This document shows positions 33,050-43,251 of a DNA stretch of 64,000 bases, piece by piece. Source of the DNA: an uncultured bacterium (GTDB taxonomy: Bacteria; Krumholzibacteriota; Krumholzibacteriia; LZORAL124-64-63); assembly GCA_963727525.1 (NCBI GenBank), contig CAVSGO010000004.1, positions 22,856-86,855 of the forward strand, in the 5' to 3' direction. The notes below the pieces were generated by a model that saw only the letters and a list, made by a program, of their open reading frames with translations, did not search any database and was not told the DNA's origin. The translations under genes and the position numbers were made by a program. Position 1 is the stretch's first letter. Each line of letters opens with the position of its first letter.

Positions 33050-34270
33050 CTAGCGGCGCGGGTTCTTGGGCATGGCGGAGTCGGGGGTTACCAGGTAGCG
33101 GACGGACGCGGCGCAAGCCTCGCGGACGGCATCCGTGAGCTCCATCCGCTCCGATAGTTCGGCAAGCATCTCCGGTCTGGCCGCGAGCACCGGCCGCGGC
33201 GAGCGGATCGAGCAGCAGTCGCGGTAGGGCTCGATGGAGGTGGTGTAGGCGCCGATCTCTTTGCTGATTGCGGTGATCTGTACCTTGTCCATGGCGATCA
33301 ACGGGCGAAAAACCGGCAACGCGAGGTCCGGGCCGATGGCGGCGAGGTTGTGCAGCGTCTGGCTCGCCACCTGCCCGAGGCTGTCGCCGGTGACCAGCCC
33401 GAGGCAGTGCTCCCGGCGGGCGATCGCGTGGGCGGTCTTGAGCATGAAGCGCCGGAACATCACCATGTCGTAGGGATCCGAGATGGCCTCGACGGCACGC
33501 ACCTCGTAGGGCACCACCGGCACCAGCCAGAGCGTGAGCGGGCTGGGGGAATACCGCGCCAGGATCTGCGCGAGCGCGATGATCTTGCCCGTGTCGGCCT
33601 CTTCCGCGGTGCGGCCGGTGTGGATGTGGACGAGGATCGGTCGACAGCCGCGTTTCATCAGCGACCAGGCGGCGACGGGCGAGTCGATGCCGCCCGAGAG
33701 CAGGCAGGCCACCCGGCCGCTCACGCCCACCGGCAGGCCGCCGAAGGCCGGAACCTTGTGCGTGGCGATGAGATACCGGTTACGTAGTACGAGTACGTGG
33801 ACCGTGAAATCAGGCTGGCTCATGCGCGCGGGCAGCTTGATGGCATCGCCCACGGCGTCGCCGACGATGCGATTGATTTCCATCGACACGTAGGGGAAAC
33901 TGCGGTCGCTGCGACGGGTGTCCACCTTGAAGGTGCGCGCGTCGCCCACGTCCTGCACTGCGCGCTCTGCGGCCGCGGCGGCGACCCGGGCAAGGTCGCG
34001 GTCTGGGTCGTCGCGGGGTATCGACACGGTGGGAGCGATCCACTGCAAGCCGAAGACCCGCCGGAGCTTGTCGGCCACGGCGTCGGCGCGCTGCGGGTCG
34101 TCCAGGCGGATCAGGAAGCGACTCTCGACGTGGTTGATGCCGGCGATGGGTTCGCCGGCCAGGGCCGCGCGCATGTTGTTGAGCAGGCGGCGCTGGAACG
34201 CCGGCCGGTTCTTGCCCTTGAGAGCGATCTCGGCGTAAGTGGCGACCAGCACCGGCGTGGGGAAACTCAC
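33050..34270 (-). CDS. thiI: tRNA 4-thiouridine synthase ThiI (no rhodanese domain)
   Basis: YAEIALKGKNR, THUMP TFKVDTRRSD, PP-loop LLSGGIDSPVA, GDSLGQVASQT, DCC. Confidence 0.92.
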   Translation of the reverse strand: MSFPTPVLVATYAEIALKGKNRPAFQRRLLNNMRAALAGEPIAGINHVESRFLIRLDDPQRADAVADKLRRVFGLQWIAPTVSIPRDDPDRDLARVAAAAAERAVQDVGDARTFKVDTRRSDRSFPYVSMEINRIVGDAVGDAIKLPARMSQPDFTVHVLVLRNRYLIATHKVPAFGGLPVGVSGRVACLLSGGIDSPVAAWSLMKRGCRPILVHIHTGRTAEEADTGKIIALAQILARYSPSPLTLWLVPVVPYEVRAVEAISDPYDMVMFRRFMLKTAHAIARREHCLGLVTGDSLGQVASQTLHNLAAIGPDLALPVFRPLIAMDKVQITAISKEIGAYTTSIEPYRDCCSIRSPRPVLAARPEMLAELSERMELTDAVREACAASVRYLVTPDSAMPKNPRR

Positions 34271-34463
34271 GGTTGACTCCTGAACGGTCTTGGTTGACGA
34301 CGATCTCGCGTCGGATGGCATTGAAGCCACGGCTGGGGCATGGCATCTTCTCCCGGAACGGGAGAATCTAGCAGGCCGCTCGCCGCGGTCGCAATATCGC
34401 ACGCAAATGGACGACTCGCGAAACGGACGACACGCCACCGGACAGGACGCGTACGGAGGAAGC

Positions 34464-34682
34464 ATGATGACGACCGTTCACGGTATCTCCCTCGACATCG
34501 CGTGCGGTGTACCCTGCCTCGCTCCGGAACTCGAGCGCGGCTCGCCAGAGGCGATCGGCGCATTGCTTCACCTGTTCGAGAAGGCGGTGGCGTTCGGCGG
34601 CCGCTGGCTCGGCGTGAGCCAGTTCGATCAACCGGGCGTGGAGGCGTACACGCGCGAGATGCGACGCCTGCTCGGATGCTAG
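34464..34682 (+). CDS. Small hypothetical protein (72 aa)
   Basis: RBS GGAGGA; GC3-rich codons; fills gap before the oxidoreductase gene. Confidence 0.55.
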   Translation: MMTTVHGISLDIACGVPCLAPELERGSPEAIGALLHLFEKAVAFGGRWLGVSQFDQPGVEAYTREMRRLLGC

Positions 34683-34708
34683 GTCACGAATTCAAGGAGG
34701 GGTGCGCG

Positions 34709-35563
34709 ATGGACGCAGGATTCATCGGTCTCGGTTCGCTCGGCATGGCGATGACGGAGCGCCTGCGGGCGCAAGGCGTGGCGCTCAGCGTCTGGAATCG
34801 CACGCGGGCGCGAGCCGACGCCCTAGGCGTCGCCGTGGCCACGTCGCCTGCCAATCTTGTCGGACGCGTGCCGGCGGTGATCCTGTGTCTGGCCAACAGC
34901 GATGCCGTGGAGGCCGTGCTGCGCGGCAAGGACGGCGTGCTCGCCGGCGACTGCGCCGACACGTTGATCATCGACACCACGACCAACCACCACGCGCCCG
35001 TCGCGCTGTTCCACCAGCTCTGTGCGCAGAAGGGCGCACGTTACGTCGAGGCGCCGGTGGCCGGCAGCGTGGTGCCGGCGCGCGAGGGACGCCTCGTCGC
35101 CATGGTGAGCGGCCGTCCGGACGACGTCGCTGCCGCACGGCCGTATCTCGAGCTGCTCGCGTCCACGATCCACGTGCTGGGGGAGCCAGGGCTGGCCACG
35201 CGCATGAAGCTCATCAACAATCTCTGCCTGGGCACGTTCATGGCGGTGATCGCCGAGGCGCTCGCCACCGCCGAGGCGGCCGGTATTCCGCCGGCGCAGG
35301 CCCTGGACGTGCTCGGCGACGGAGGGGCGAAGTCGGGCGTGCTGGGCGCGAAGCGCCAGAAGCTGCTCGACCACGACTGGTCGCCGCAATTCTCCGCCGC
35401 GATGATCCACAAGGATCTGCATTGCCTGCAGGACCTCGCCCGCGATCTGGGCGTGCCGCAGCACCTCGCGGGCGTGGTGAAGGAGCAGTTCGGTCGCATG
35501 TTCCGGCAGGGGCTGGCCGATCGCGACTTCGCCGCGATCTACGAGATCTTCCACCGCGGCTGA
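34709..35563 (+). CDS. 3-hydroxyisobutyrate dehydrogenase family NAD(P)-dependent oxidoreductase
   Basis: GFIGLGSLG, WNRT, EAPVAGS, MKLINN, HKDL. Confidence 0.9.
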   Translation: MDAGFIGLGSLGMAMTERLRAQGVALSVWNRTRARADALGVAVATSPANLVGRVPAVILCLANSDAVEAVLRGKDGVLAGDCADTLIIDTTTNHHAPVALFHQLCAQKGARYVEAPVAGSVVPAREGRLVAMVSGRPDDVAAARPYLELLASTIHVLGEPGLATRMKLINNLCLGTFMAVIAEALATAEAAGIPPAQALDVLGDGGAKSGVLGAKRQKLLDHDWSPQFSAAMIHKDLHCLQDLARDLGVPQHLAGVVKEQFGRMFRQGLADRDFAAIYEIFHRG

Positions 35564-35597
35564 GTTCAGCCGCGCCCCCCGCGAAGGAGAGGCGAAC

Positions 35598-38174
35598 ATG
35601 CGACGGTGGCTCATTCTCGGCGGTCTCTGTCTGCTGACGACCGCGACTGCCGTGCTGGCGCAAGTCGGCGATCCCCGCCTGACGCTCGACTACCGATCGC
35701 TCTCGCTGCTGGTGCCGGAGACGCCCGGCGTCAGCGGCGGCGCGGTGGCCGGACTCATCAACCCGGCGGCGTGGCGCGTCAGCGCGCTCGGGCGTCCGGA
35801 ACTGGCGTTCTTCGGCGACAACGGCACGGGATTCTCGACGAAGCGGTACAACTGGGGCGTGGCCTCGAGCGGGCTTTTCGGGCCCGGCGCTGTCGGGCTC
35901 GGCGTGTACAACCAGTGGTTCCAGGCGGCCGATCGAGTGCGCCAGGTCACCAACTGGCAGCTCGGCGTCGCGATGGGCGATCGCGATGGGTATCTCGGTC
36001 TGGCCTACCGGTGGGCCACCGGCGCCGAGGAGGTGCTGGGGCGAGAGAACTCCTGGGTCGCGGGTCTCCTGCTGCAGCCGTACCGGTACGTTTCGTTCGG
36101 CGCCAGCGGCGCCTGGTCCACGGCGTCGCGGGCTGCGCAGGGCGTCTTCGACGTCGGTCTGCGGCCGCTGGGCACCCCGCTCTTCACCGTGTACAGCGAC
36201 TACACGCTCGACCAGGGCGCGAAGTTCGGCGACGGCCGCTGGGGGCTCGGCGTGGCGCTGCGGCCCACGGCCGGCCTGCGCCTCGGCGTGACCGCGCGCG
36301 AGGCGGCCGACGGCGGCGGGCCGCAGTGGGGCATGCACGTGGGCCTCACGTTCGACGACTTCACCGCCGTCGACGTGGTGGCAGGCGACGATTCGCAGCT
36401 CGGCGTCGTGACCAGCCTCAATCCCCCGACGCGGGGCATGCGGTTGCCGCCCCTGCTCGATCGGGACCGCAAGGAACCGACGTACGCCGTCGTCGATCTC
36501 GAGAACAAGACGGTGACGTACCAGAAGTACCGCTGGGGAGACGATCGCCGCGTGGCCTGGCTCGACCTGGTGCGGCATCTCGAGGCCATCGCGCGCGATC
36601 CCGATGTCGCCGGCGTCATGCTCAACCTTGCGGACACGACGTACCGCCCGTCCCTGGCCTGGGAGCTGCGCACGATGCTGGCGCGCCTGCAGGCCCAGGG
36701 CAAGAAGGTCATCGTCTACGCGAACCGGCTCGACTTTCTGCGGTACTACGTCGCGTCGGTCGCCGACCGGATCGTGCTCGACCCCGAGGGCGCCGTGGTG
36801 CTGCAAGGCGTGGCGATGCGGCGCACCTTCGAGAAGGAGATGCTCGCCAAGGTCGGGATCGGCTTCCAGCCGATGAAGTACTTCACCTACAAGTCGGCGA
36901 TGGACGTCTTCGCGCGCGCCGATCTGGACAGCGCCGATCGTGGGCAGCGTCAGCGCATGGTCGACGTGATCTACGAGACGGTGCGCGACGGCGTCTGCGC
37001 GAGCCGCCACCTCGACGCGGCCCGCTTCGACGCTCTCGTGAATCAGGACCTCGGCTTCTGGCCCCAGCTCGCCCGCGAACGCGGACTCGTCGACGACATC
37101 GGGCGCTGGCGAGACATGCTCGAATCCGTGCGCGATTCCGAGCACCGGTCCACCGGGGGCCCCTCGCCCGCCTGCTATCCCCACGCCTATCCGGAAGCCC
37201 ACTGGAGCGCACCCACGCGCATCGCCGTGGTTTACGCCGTGGGCCCCTGCGCCATGGACAGCGGGATCCATGGCCGCGCTACCGCGAGGTTCCTGCGCGG
37301 TCTGAAGCACGATCCTGGCGTGGCGGCTGTCGTGCTGCGCGCCGACTCGCCGGGTGGCGACGTGCTGCCCAGCGATCTCGTCGCCGGCGCGGTGCGGGAA
37401 CTGCGCGCGGCCGGCAAGCCGGTGGTCGTGAGCCAGGGCGATGTGGCGGCCTCGGGCGGCTACTGGATCAGCATGGACGGCGAACGGATCCTCACCACTC
37501 CGCTCACCATCACCGGCAGCATCGGCGTGATCGCGGGCTGGTTCTGGAACGACGGCATCGGCGACAAGGTGGGCCTGACCACCGACGGCGTGCAACGCGG
37601 TGATCACGCCGATCTCCTCACCGGGCTGCGCTTTCCTCTGATCGGATCCATGCTGCCGGCACGTCCGCTCGATGGCCAGGAGCTGGAACTCGCGCGTGGA
37701 TACATCCTGCAGAGCTACGACGATTTCGTGCGCAAGGTGGCAACCGGTCGTGGCCTCGATGAGGCGCGGGTCCGCGCCATCGCCCAGGGGCACGTGTGGA
37801 TGGGCGAGGACGCCCTGGCGCGCGGTCTCTGCGATCAGGTGGGCACGCTCACCGACGCCATCGCCCTGGCGCGCCACGAGGCGGGTGTTCCCGACGATCG
37901 CGAGGTGACGCTACAGGAATATCCACCGCGGCCGCTCGTGGACCTGGCCGCGCTGCTGGGGACGGGCGGCGCCCTTCCCAGCTTCCCATTCGGTCTGCTC
38001 GGGCCATTGCCCGTACCGGCCTGGCTCTCGCGCGCCCAGCCGGCGACCACGGAGCCCGGGGCGCCTCGCGACTACGTGCAGGAATACCTGAATGCCCTCG
38101 CCGAGCAGCCGGGCCGGGGGATGGCGGTGACGCCGCCCGACGCACTGCCGGCGGCCTGGACCGCCATTCGTTGA
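35598..38174 (+). CDS. sppA: S49 signal peptide peptidase SppA with N-terminal beta-rich extension
   Basis: Signal peptide; two S49 domains; TYKSA (Lys), DSPGG, DVAASGGYWIS (Ser), TGSIGV. Confidence 0.88.
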   Translation: MRRWLILGGLCLLTTATAVLAQVGDPRLTLDYRSLSLLVPETPGVSGGAVAGLINPAAWRVSALGRPELAFFGDNGTGFSTKRYNWGVASSGLFGPGAVGLGVYNQWFQAADRVRQVTNWQLGVAMGDRDGYLGLAYRWATGAEEVLGRENSWVAGLLLQPYRYVSFGASGAWSTASRAAQGVFDVGLRPLGTPLFTVYSDYTLDQGAKFGDGRWGLGVALRPTAGLRLGVTAREAADGGGPQWGMHVGLTFDDFTAVDVVAGDDSQLGVVTSLNPPTRGMRLPPLLDRDRKEPTYAVVDLENKTVTYQKYRWGDDRRVAWLDLVRHLEAIARDPDVAGVMLNLADTTYRPSLAWELRTMLARLQAQGKKVIVYANRLDFLRYYVASVADRIVLDPEGAVVLQGVAMRRTFEKEMLAKVGIGFQPMKYFTYKSAMDVFARADLDSADRGQRQRMVDVIYETVRDGVCASRHLDAARFDALVNQDLGFWPQLARERGLVDDIGRWRDMLESVRDSEHRSTGGPSPACYPHAYPEAHWSAPTRIAVVYAVGPCAMDSGIHGRATARFLRGLKHDPGVAAVVLRADSPGGDVLPSDLVAGAVRELRAAGKPVVVSQGDVAASGGYWISMDGERILTTPLTITGSIGVIAGWFWNDGIGDKVGLTTDGVQRGDHADLLTGLRFPLIGSMLPARPLDGQELELARGYILQSYDDFVRKVATGRGLDEARVRAIAQGHVWMGEDALARGLCDQVGTLTDAIALARHEAGVPDDREVTLQEYPPRPLVDLAALLGTGGALPSFPFGLLGPLPVPAWLSRAQPATTEPGAPRDYVQEYLNALAEQPGRGMAVTPPDALPAAWTAIR

Positions 38175-38195
38175 CCCCCGGCCCCGGCCACGGGA

Positions 38196-38228
38196 AAGGC
38201 CCCCGGATCACCATGATCCGGGGGCCTT
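38196..38228. terminator. Perfect 15-bp hairpin between convergent genes
   Basis: AAGGCCCCCGGATCA-CCA-TGATCCGGGGGCCTT. Confidence 0.7.
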
Positions 38229-38253
38229 CGCGTATATTCGGCAGGGGGCGCCG

Positions 38254-38415
38254 TCACTCGAGATGGTGGTACCACCAGCGCCGCACGCCATACATGGCGA
38301 GCGCCGCGGCCACGAGCGACAGGAAGAAGCCGAAGCCTGCGCCCAGCGGGCGGCCGATCATCCAGCCCGCACCGCTGCCGACCGTGGCGGCCATGTAGGC
38401 CACGAGATGTTTCAT
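38254..38415 (-). CDS. Small membrane protein (53 aa, glycine-zipper-like)
   Basis: RBS GGAGGAG; MKHLVAYMAATVGSGAGWMIG...FFLSLVAAALAMYGVRRWW. Confidence 0.65.
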   Translation of the reverse strand: MKHLVAYMAATVGSGAGWMIGRPLGAGFGFFLSLVAAALAMYGVRRWWYHHLE

Positions 38416-38497
38416 CCCGGTCTCCTCCCTTGCAAATTGCACGCATCGCGCGCCGCTCGGGAGGGAAATGCAGGAACGGGACCAGATGCCGGCGTCG

Positions 38498-39091
38498 TCA
38501 GACCGCGTGCTTGGCCAGATACTCCGCCACACCCTCGGCGGTGGGCTTCATGGCCTCGTCGCCCGCGCGCCAGTTGGCCGGGCAGACCTCGCCGTTCGTC
38601 TCGGTGTACTGCAGGGCGTCGAGCATGCGCAGGGCCTCGTCGACGTTGCGACCCAGCGACAGGTCGTTCACCACGGCGTGACGCACTACACCATCCTTGT
38701 CGAGCAAGAAGAGGCCGCGCAGCGCCACCGCGTCGTTCAACAGCACGCCATAGTCGCGCGAGATCTGCTTGGTGATGTCGGCGACCATGGGGAACCGGAC
38801 CTGGCCGATCCCGCCATTCTCCACGGGGGTGTTCTTCCAGGCCCAGTGGGTGAATTCGGAGTCGACGGACACGCCCACGACCTCGCAGTTCCTGGCCTGG
38901 AACTTCGGCAGTGCCTTGTCGAACGCCACGATCTCGCTCGGGCACACGAACGTGAAATCGAGAGGCCAGAAGAAGAGCACGGTGTATTTGCCGCGTAGGT
39001 CGGACAGCGTGAAATCGGCCTTGAAGGTGTTGTTCGGCATCACGGCCGTGGCCGTGAAATCGGGCGCCGGCTTGGACACGAGGAAGCTCAT
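38498..39091 (-). CDS. ahpC: 2-Cys peroxiredoxin (AhpC/TSA)
   Basis: PLDFTFVCPSE; GEVCPANW. Confidence 0.95.
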   Translation of the reverse strand: MSFLVSKPAPDFTATAVMPNNTFKADFTLSDLRGKYTVLFFWPLDFTFVCPSEIVAFDKALPKFQARNCEVVGVSVDSEFTHWAWKNTPVENGGIGQVRFPMVADITKQISRDYGVLLNDAVALRGLFLLDKDGVVRHAVVNDLSLGRNVDEALRMLDALQYTETNGEVCPANWRAGDEAMKPTAEGVAEYLAKHAV

Positions 39092-39291
39092 GCAGGGACC
39101 TCCGGGATTGCTGCGATCGTGGACGGTTCCAGGCGATTGGCGGGGCAAAGAAATAGCTGCCGGTCGGATTCCGCAACCAGGAATCGATCGCGACAATACG
39201 GGCACGTGCCCTGGAAGATGAGGGAGTAGCCGGAGATCGTGTCGCGTTGCCGGGGCGATGGCGGTTTCCGGAGGTGTCAACTCGGCCACTG

Positions 39292-39328
39292 AAAAGCCGA
39301 GGTCCCGGCCGGGCGGCCAGGACCTCGG
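39292..39328 (-). terminator. Intrinsic terminator after porin gene
   Basis: CCGAGGTCC...GGACCTCGG stem with T-tract on the minus strand. Confidence 0.65.
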
Positions 39329-39347
39329 TGCGGTGCTGTGTCGTGGC

Positions 39348-40565
39348 CTAGTAGTTCGTGAAGAATCCGATCACGAACGAGTTGACCGTGTCCTCGACCG
39401 GGTCCCCGTCGGTGTTGTAGGTGAGCGGCGTGTCGGACTTGAACTGCTCGAAGCCGACCTTGATGTTGGCGTTCTGGCCTTCCATGTAGTAGCTCAGACC
39501 GACGCGGAACGTCTTGTAGCTGCCAAAGTCGCCCGTCGCGTCGCTGCTGAACTTCTCGTACTCGACCCAGGGCTGGAAGCCACTGTTCAGGTAGTAGCCG
39601 GCCTGGCCGTAGAAGCCAGTGCCCTGCCCGTTCATGAACGAGAACATGTCGTTGAAATCGGACTTCGACCAGCCACCCTCGACCGTGATGGCGTCGCCAT
39701 TGGTCATGGGGTACTCGAGGAAGCCGTCGGCCGTGATCAACGTGTAGTCCACGAGCATCGGGGTCGGGTCCGTGGCGCTGGTCGCACTCACGCCGACTTC
39801 CTTCTGGGTGTCGTAGCTGACGCCGATGCCCAGCGTCTTCTTCTTGCCCAGGTAGGTCGAGCTGTTGTAGTACCCGCCCTCAGCGTCCCACAGGTTGTAC
39901 TGCACGCGCGCGGCGAAACGGTCCTTGTTGCTGTCCTTGTTGATGGCGCTAGTCGATGCCTGCACGCCGTTGTACATGCCGGCGTAGTACTTCAGGTGAC
40001 CGTTCCCGCCCACGTCACCGGAGCCGAAGAACGTCACGCCCTGATCACGCACGGCATCGACGCTCGTCGACAAGGGAACCATGGAATTCGGGAACGTCGC
40101 ATTCGTGAAGACGCCCGTGGCCTTGGCGCCCCAGGTCAGAGCCTTGTAGCACAGACCCGGGCGGTCGATGGCCATCAGAGCACCCGACGACGTCAGGTTC
40201 TGGCGGTTCGACGGGGCCATATTGCGGCCCATGATGATCTGGAACCAGGGGTCGACCTTGTAGTCCACCCATGCGTCGATCATGTTGACGGTCTTGCCCG
40301 AGTGATCCGTCTGGAGGAAGATGCTCCACTTGTCACCGATGTTGGCGCCAAGACGGATCCGAGCGCGCCGGGTCTTCCAGTAATGGACCGAATCCCAGCT
40401 GCCGTCGTTGTTGAGGTCATCCTGCGTCATGACCCCGATCGTCTGGACCCGGAATCCCAGATCGATCGTGTCCGTATCATTGATCTTCAGCTTGGCGCCC
40501 GCGAAGGCGCTACTGGCCATGAACGCCGCCATGACCAGGACGAGAGTGAACAACTTCTTACTCAA
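39348..40565 (-). CDS. Outer-membrane porin, probably phosphate-selective (OprO/P-like)
   Basis: TTG start with AAGGAGG; signal peptide; RRARIRLG, DAWVDY, RDQGV; terminal aromatic residue; downstream of phoU. Confidence 0.75.
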   Translation of the reverse strand: MSKKLFTLVLVMAAFMASSAFAGAKLKINDTDTIDLGFRVQTIGVMTQDDLNNDGSWDSVHYWKTRRARIRLGANIGDKWSIFLQTDHSGKTVNMIDAWVDYKVDPWFQIIMGRNMAPSNRQNLTSSGALMAIDRPGLCYKALTWGAKATGVFTNATFPNSMVPLSTSVDAVRDQGVTFFGSGDVGGNGHLKYYAGMYNGVQASTSAINKDSNKDRFAARVQYNLWDAEGGYYNSSTYLGKKKTLGIGVSYDTQKEVGVSATSATDPTPMLVDYTLITADGFLEYPMTNGDAITVEGGWSKSDFNDMFSFMNGQGTGFYGQAGYYLNSGFQPWVEYEKFSSDATGDFGSYKTFRVGLSYYMEGQNANIKVGFEQFKSDTPLTYNTDGDPVEDTVNSFVIGFFTNY

Positions 40566-40662
40566 CTCGGACCTCCTTGCTCCTCAGGGGTTCGTTCCCG
40601 GGGCGCGGGTAAGCGTCCCGGAAACATCGGTGTCCCCGGTGGGGACGTCATGCTGCACCCGT

Positions 40663-41322
40663 TTACGGGTGGCGTCCGTGACGGACAATCTCGCCATCCA
40701 CGAGGTAGATGGCGTCTTCAGCGATGTTTGTCGCGAGGTCGGCGACCCGTTCGATGTGCTTGGCAACCTGCATCAACGCCAGCTGGTCGTTCATCTCGAC
40801 GACGGACTCGCGCATACGCTTGCGTGCCTCGGTGATCAGGTCGTGGAATTCCTGGTCGACTTCCTCGTCGGCTGCCAGGACCTCCCGGGCGAGAGAGGCG
40901 TTCATGTTGACGACTGCATCCAGGCTCTGGCGCAGCATGGCCTGCGCCTTGGCCGCCATTTTGGGTAATCTTGCCCTGCTGTCAACATCTTCTTTACCGG
41001 CCAGACCGCGAGTGTGATCGGCGATGTTCACTGCCAGGTCACCGATGCGCTCCAGGTCGTTGTTGATCTTCAACATGGCGATGATGAAGCGGAGATCCAC
41101 GGCCACCGGCTGGTAGAGCGCCAGGACCTTGAGACAATCCTCCTCGAAATCGACCTCCATGAGGTCGATCTCCAGATCACGCGCGCGCACCTGGTCGGCC
41201 AGTTCCCCGTCTCCCGTGCGCACGGCCTTGACGGCGAGGTGCAGATTCTCCTCGACGGTCGCGCTGAGCGTGAACAGGGATTTCTTCAGCTTACGAAAGG
41301 CGCCACTGAGGTGCGGGTGCAA
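40663..41322 (-). CDS. phoU: Phosphate signalling protein PhoU
   Basis: LALYQPVAVDLR, DLERIGDLAVNIA, IERVADLATNIAE. Confidence 0.95.
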   Translation of the reverse strand: MHPHLSGAFRKLKKSLFTLSATVEENLHLAVKAVRTGDGELADQVRARDLEIDLMEVDFEEDCLKVLALYQPVAVDLRFIIAMLKINNDLERIGDLAVNIADHTRGLAGKEDVDSRARLPKMAAKAQAMLRQSLDAVVNMNASLAREVLAADEEVDQEFHDLITEARKRMRESVVEMNDQLALMQVAKHIERVADLATNIAEDAIYLVDGEIVRHGRHP

Positions 41323-41459
41323 CGCCTGACCATCCTTGTCAGCCGGTCGATCGCCGGAGCGACCTTCCGTTCCTCACGCTTCGCCGGCCCGGCCCGGGAC
41401 CGAACATCCGGCGAAATGCATCATGCAAGCCAAATCCTGGTGCCTGTAGACCTGCTTTG

Positions 41460-43250
41460 TCAAGCACTGGACGCAGGCTCGAGGGGGAGAACCATCGTGA
41501 ATCGGCTCCCGAGACCGACCTCGCTCGTGACGTGGATCTCGCCGCGGTGGGCCTGTACGATGTGTTTCGCGATGGCCAGGCCCAGGCCCGTGCCCCCCAG
41601 CTTGCGGCTTCGCGCACGGTCCACACGGTAGAACCGTTCGAACAATCGCGGCAAGTGCTCGGCAGGAATCCCTCGCCCCTCGTCCACGACCTCGATCACC
41701 ACGGACGACCCCTCGCGGCGGCAGATCACCTGGATCGGTGCCGTCGTCCCGCTGTATTTCAGGGCATTGTCCACAAGATTGACCACGGCTTGCTCGAGCA
41801 GGGGCGGGTTCACCGAGGCCGAGAGACCGTGGGGGCATTCGATCTCGACACCCGGCGCGTCGGCGCCGGCCCGCGCCGTGCACTGGTTGACGGCTTCCCC
41901 CAGCAGGGGGCGCATCGCCGTGAGCTGGCAGGCGAGTGCATCGGGCCCCGTCTCCTGTTCGAGGCGCGAGAGGGCGAGCAGGTCGTCGATGATGGCCTGG
42001 AGGCGGCCGGCCTGGCGATCGATGATGGCCAGGAAGCGATCGGTTTCCTGCGCATCCTGTGGCGGGCTCTCGCGCAGGGTTTCCACGAAACCCTTGATCG
42101 AGGTGATGGGCGTGCGCAGCTCGTGGGACACGTTGGCCACGAAGTCGCGGCGCAGGTTCTCGAGCCGCCTGAGCCGCGTGACGTCATTGAGCACGAGCAG
42201 GGCCCCCAGGCTCTGCCCGTCGCCGCCCTGCAGACCGGTGGCATGCACCTGCAGGTAACGCTCCGTCTCGCGCAGGACGACGATATCGCTCTCGCTGGGC
42301 TCCTGGCCGGCCAGGGCGACCTTGGCCAGCGTGATGAGATCGGGGTTGCGCACGATCTCCTGGATGCTGTGGCCCACCGCCTTCTCGCCGCGGATGCCGA
42401 GGAGGCGACTGCTGGCCTCGTTCCAGCTGATGACGATCTCGTCGCGGTCGATCGCCACCACGCCCTCGACCATGCTCGCCAGCATGGCTTCCAGTTCGTT
42501 GCGCTGATTCTCGATGGTGCGGATGCGGTCGCTGAGCTGCCGGGCCATGGAATTGAACGTCTCGGCCAGCGAGCCGATCTCTTCCGAATCGGCGGCCGTG
42601 ATGAGCCGGACGTCGAGCTGACCGCCCGCCAGCCGCTCCGCACCGGACTTGAGCTCGCGCAGAGGAACGCTGATCCGATGCGCGAGACCGTAGCTCACCA
42701 ATCCGGCCAGACATGCGAGGATGAGGCCACCGACCGCCACCTCGCGCTGCAGTACCTTGAGCGCGCTGTCGATGTTCTTCAGCGACTGCGAGGTGCGGAG
42801 GTACCCCAGCAACGTGTCACCGTCTCGCAGGGCGACGGCGACGTACATCCGTCGGTGACCCAGCGTGGCGCTGTAGCGCATCGACCGACCGTGGCCCGTC
42901 TCCCGTGCCGCCACGATCTCCGGTCGATCACCGTGGTTATCCATGTTGGCCGGACGCTCCATCGTATCGCCGAGCACGGTGCCGTTCGGAGCCACGACCG
43001 TCAGCCGCATCCGGGACGCGGCACCGGCTCGTCGGCAGAGGTCCTGGATCCTCTCGGCATTCTCGTCTCGCAGCAGGGGCGCGAACTGGTCCTCGAGCAG
43101 ATGCGCCCGGTCGGCCAGATCCTCCGCGGTCTGATCGAAGAACAGCCCCCGCAAGGCACGGGACGTGTAGCCCGTGATCAGCGCCAGGGACAGCAGGATG
43201 ACCGTGAGGAAGGGAAGAAAGATGTGCCAGAGCAGGCCTTTGCGGTTCAT
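41460..43250 (-). CDS. phoR: Sensor histidine kinase PhoR (TM-HAMP-PAS-HisKA-HATPase)
   Basis: FVANVSHELRTP, NLVDNALKY, RLFERFYRVD, GGTGLGLAIAKH. Confidence 0.92.
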   Translation of the reverse strand: MNRKGLLWHIFLPFLTVILLSLALITGYTSRALRGLFFDQTAEDLADRAHLLEDQFAPLLRDENAERIQDLCRRAGAASRMRLTVVAPNGTVLGDTMERPANMDNHGDRPEIVAARETGHGRSMRYSATLGHRRMYVAVALRDGDTLLGYLRTSQSLKNIDSALKVLQREVAVGGLILACLAGLVSYGLAHRISVPLRELKSGAERLAGGQLDVRLITAADSEEIGSLAETFNSMARQLSDRIRTIENQRNELEAMLASMVEGVVAIDRDEIVISWNEASSRLLGIRGEKAVGHSIQEIVRNPDLITLAKVALAGQEPSESDIVVLRETERYLQVHATGLQGGDGQSLGALLVLNDVTRLRRLENLRRDFVANVSHELRTPITSIKGFVETLRESPPQDAQETDRFLAIIDRQAGRLQAIIDDLLALSRLEQETGPDALACQLTAMRPLLGEAVNQCTARAGADAPGVEIECPHGLSASVNPPLLEQAVVNLVDNALKYSGTTAPIQVICRREGSSVVIEVVDEGRGIPAEHLPRLFERFYRVDRARSRKLGGTGLGLAIAKHIVQAHRGEIHVTSEVGLGSRFTMVLPLEPASSA

Positions 43251-43251
43251 C

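Noticed and set aside
33050-34270. thiI as a truncated pseudogene
   Set aside because: Rhodanese-less ThiI of about 400 aa is a normal, widespread form and the motifs are intact.
35238-37877. 879-aa minus-strand ORF and similar long shadows (25601-27649, 41457-43292, 47848-49623, 49623-51377)
   Set aside because: All lie opposite well-supported genes and have low-information Arg/Ala/Gly-rich translations.
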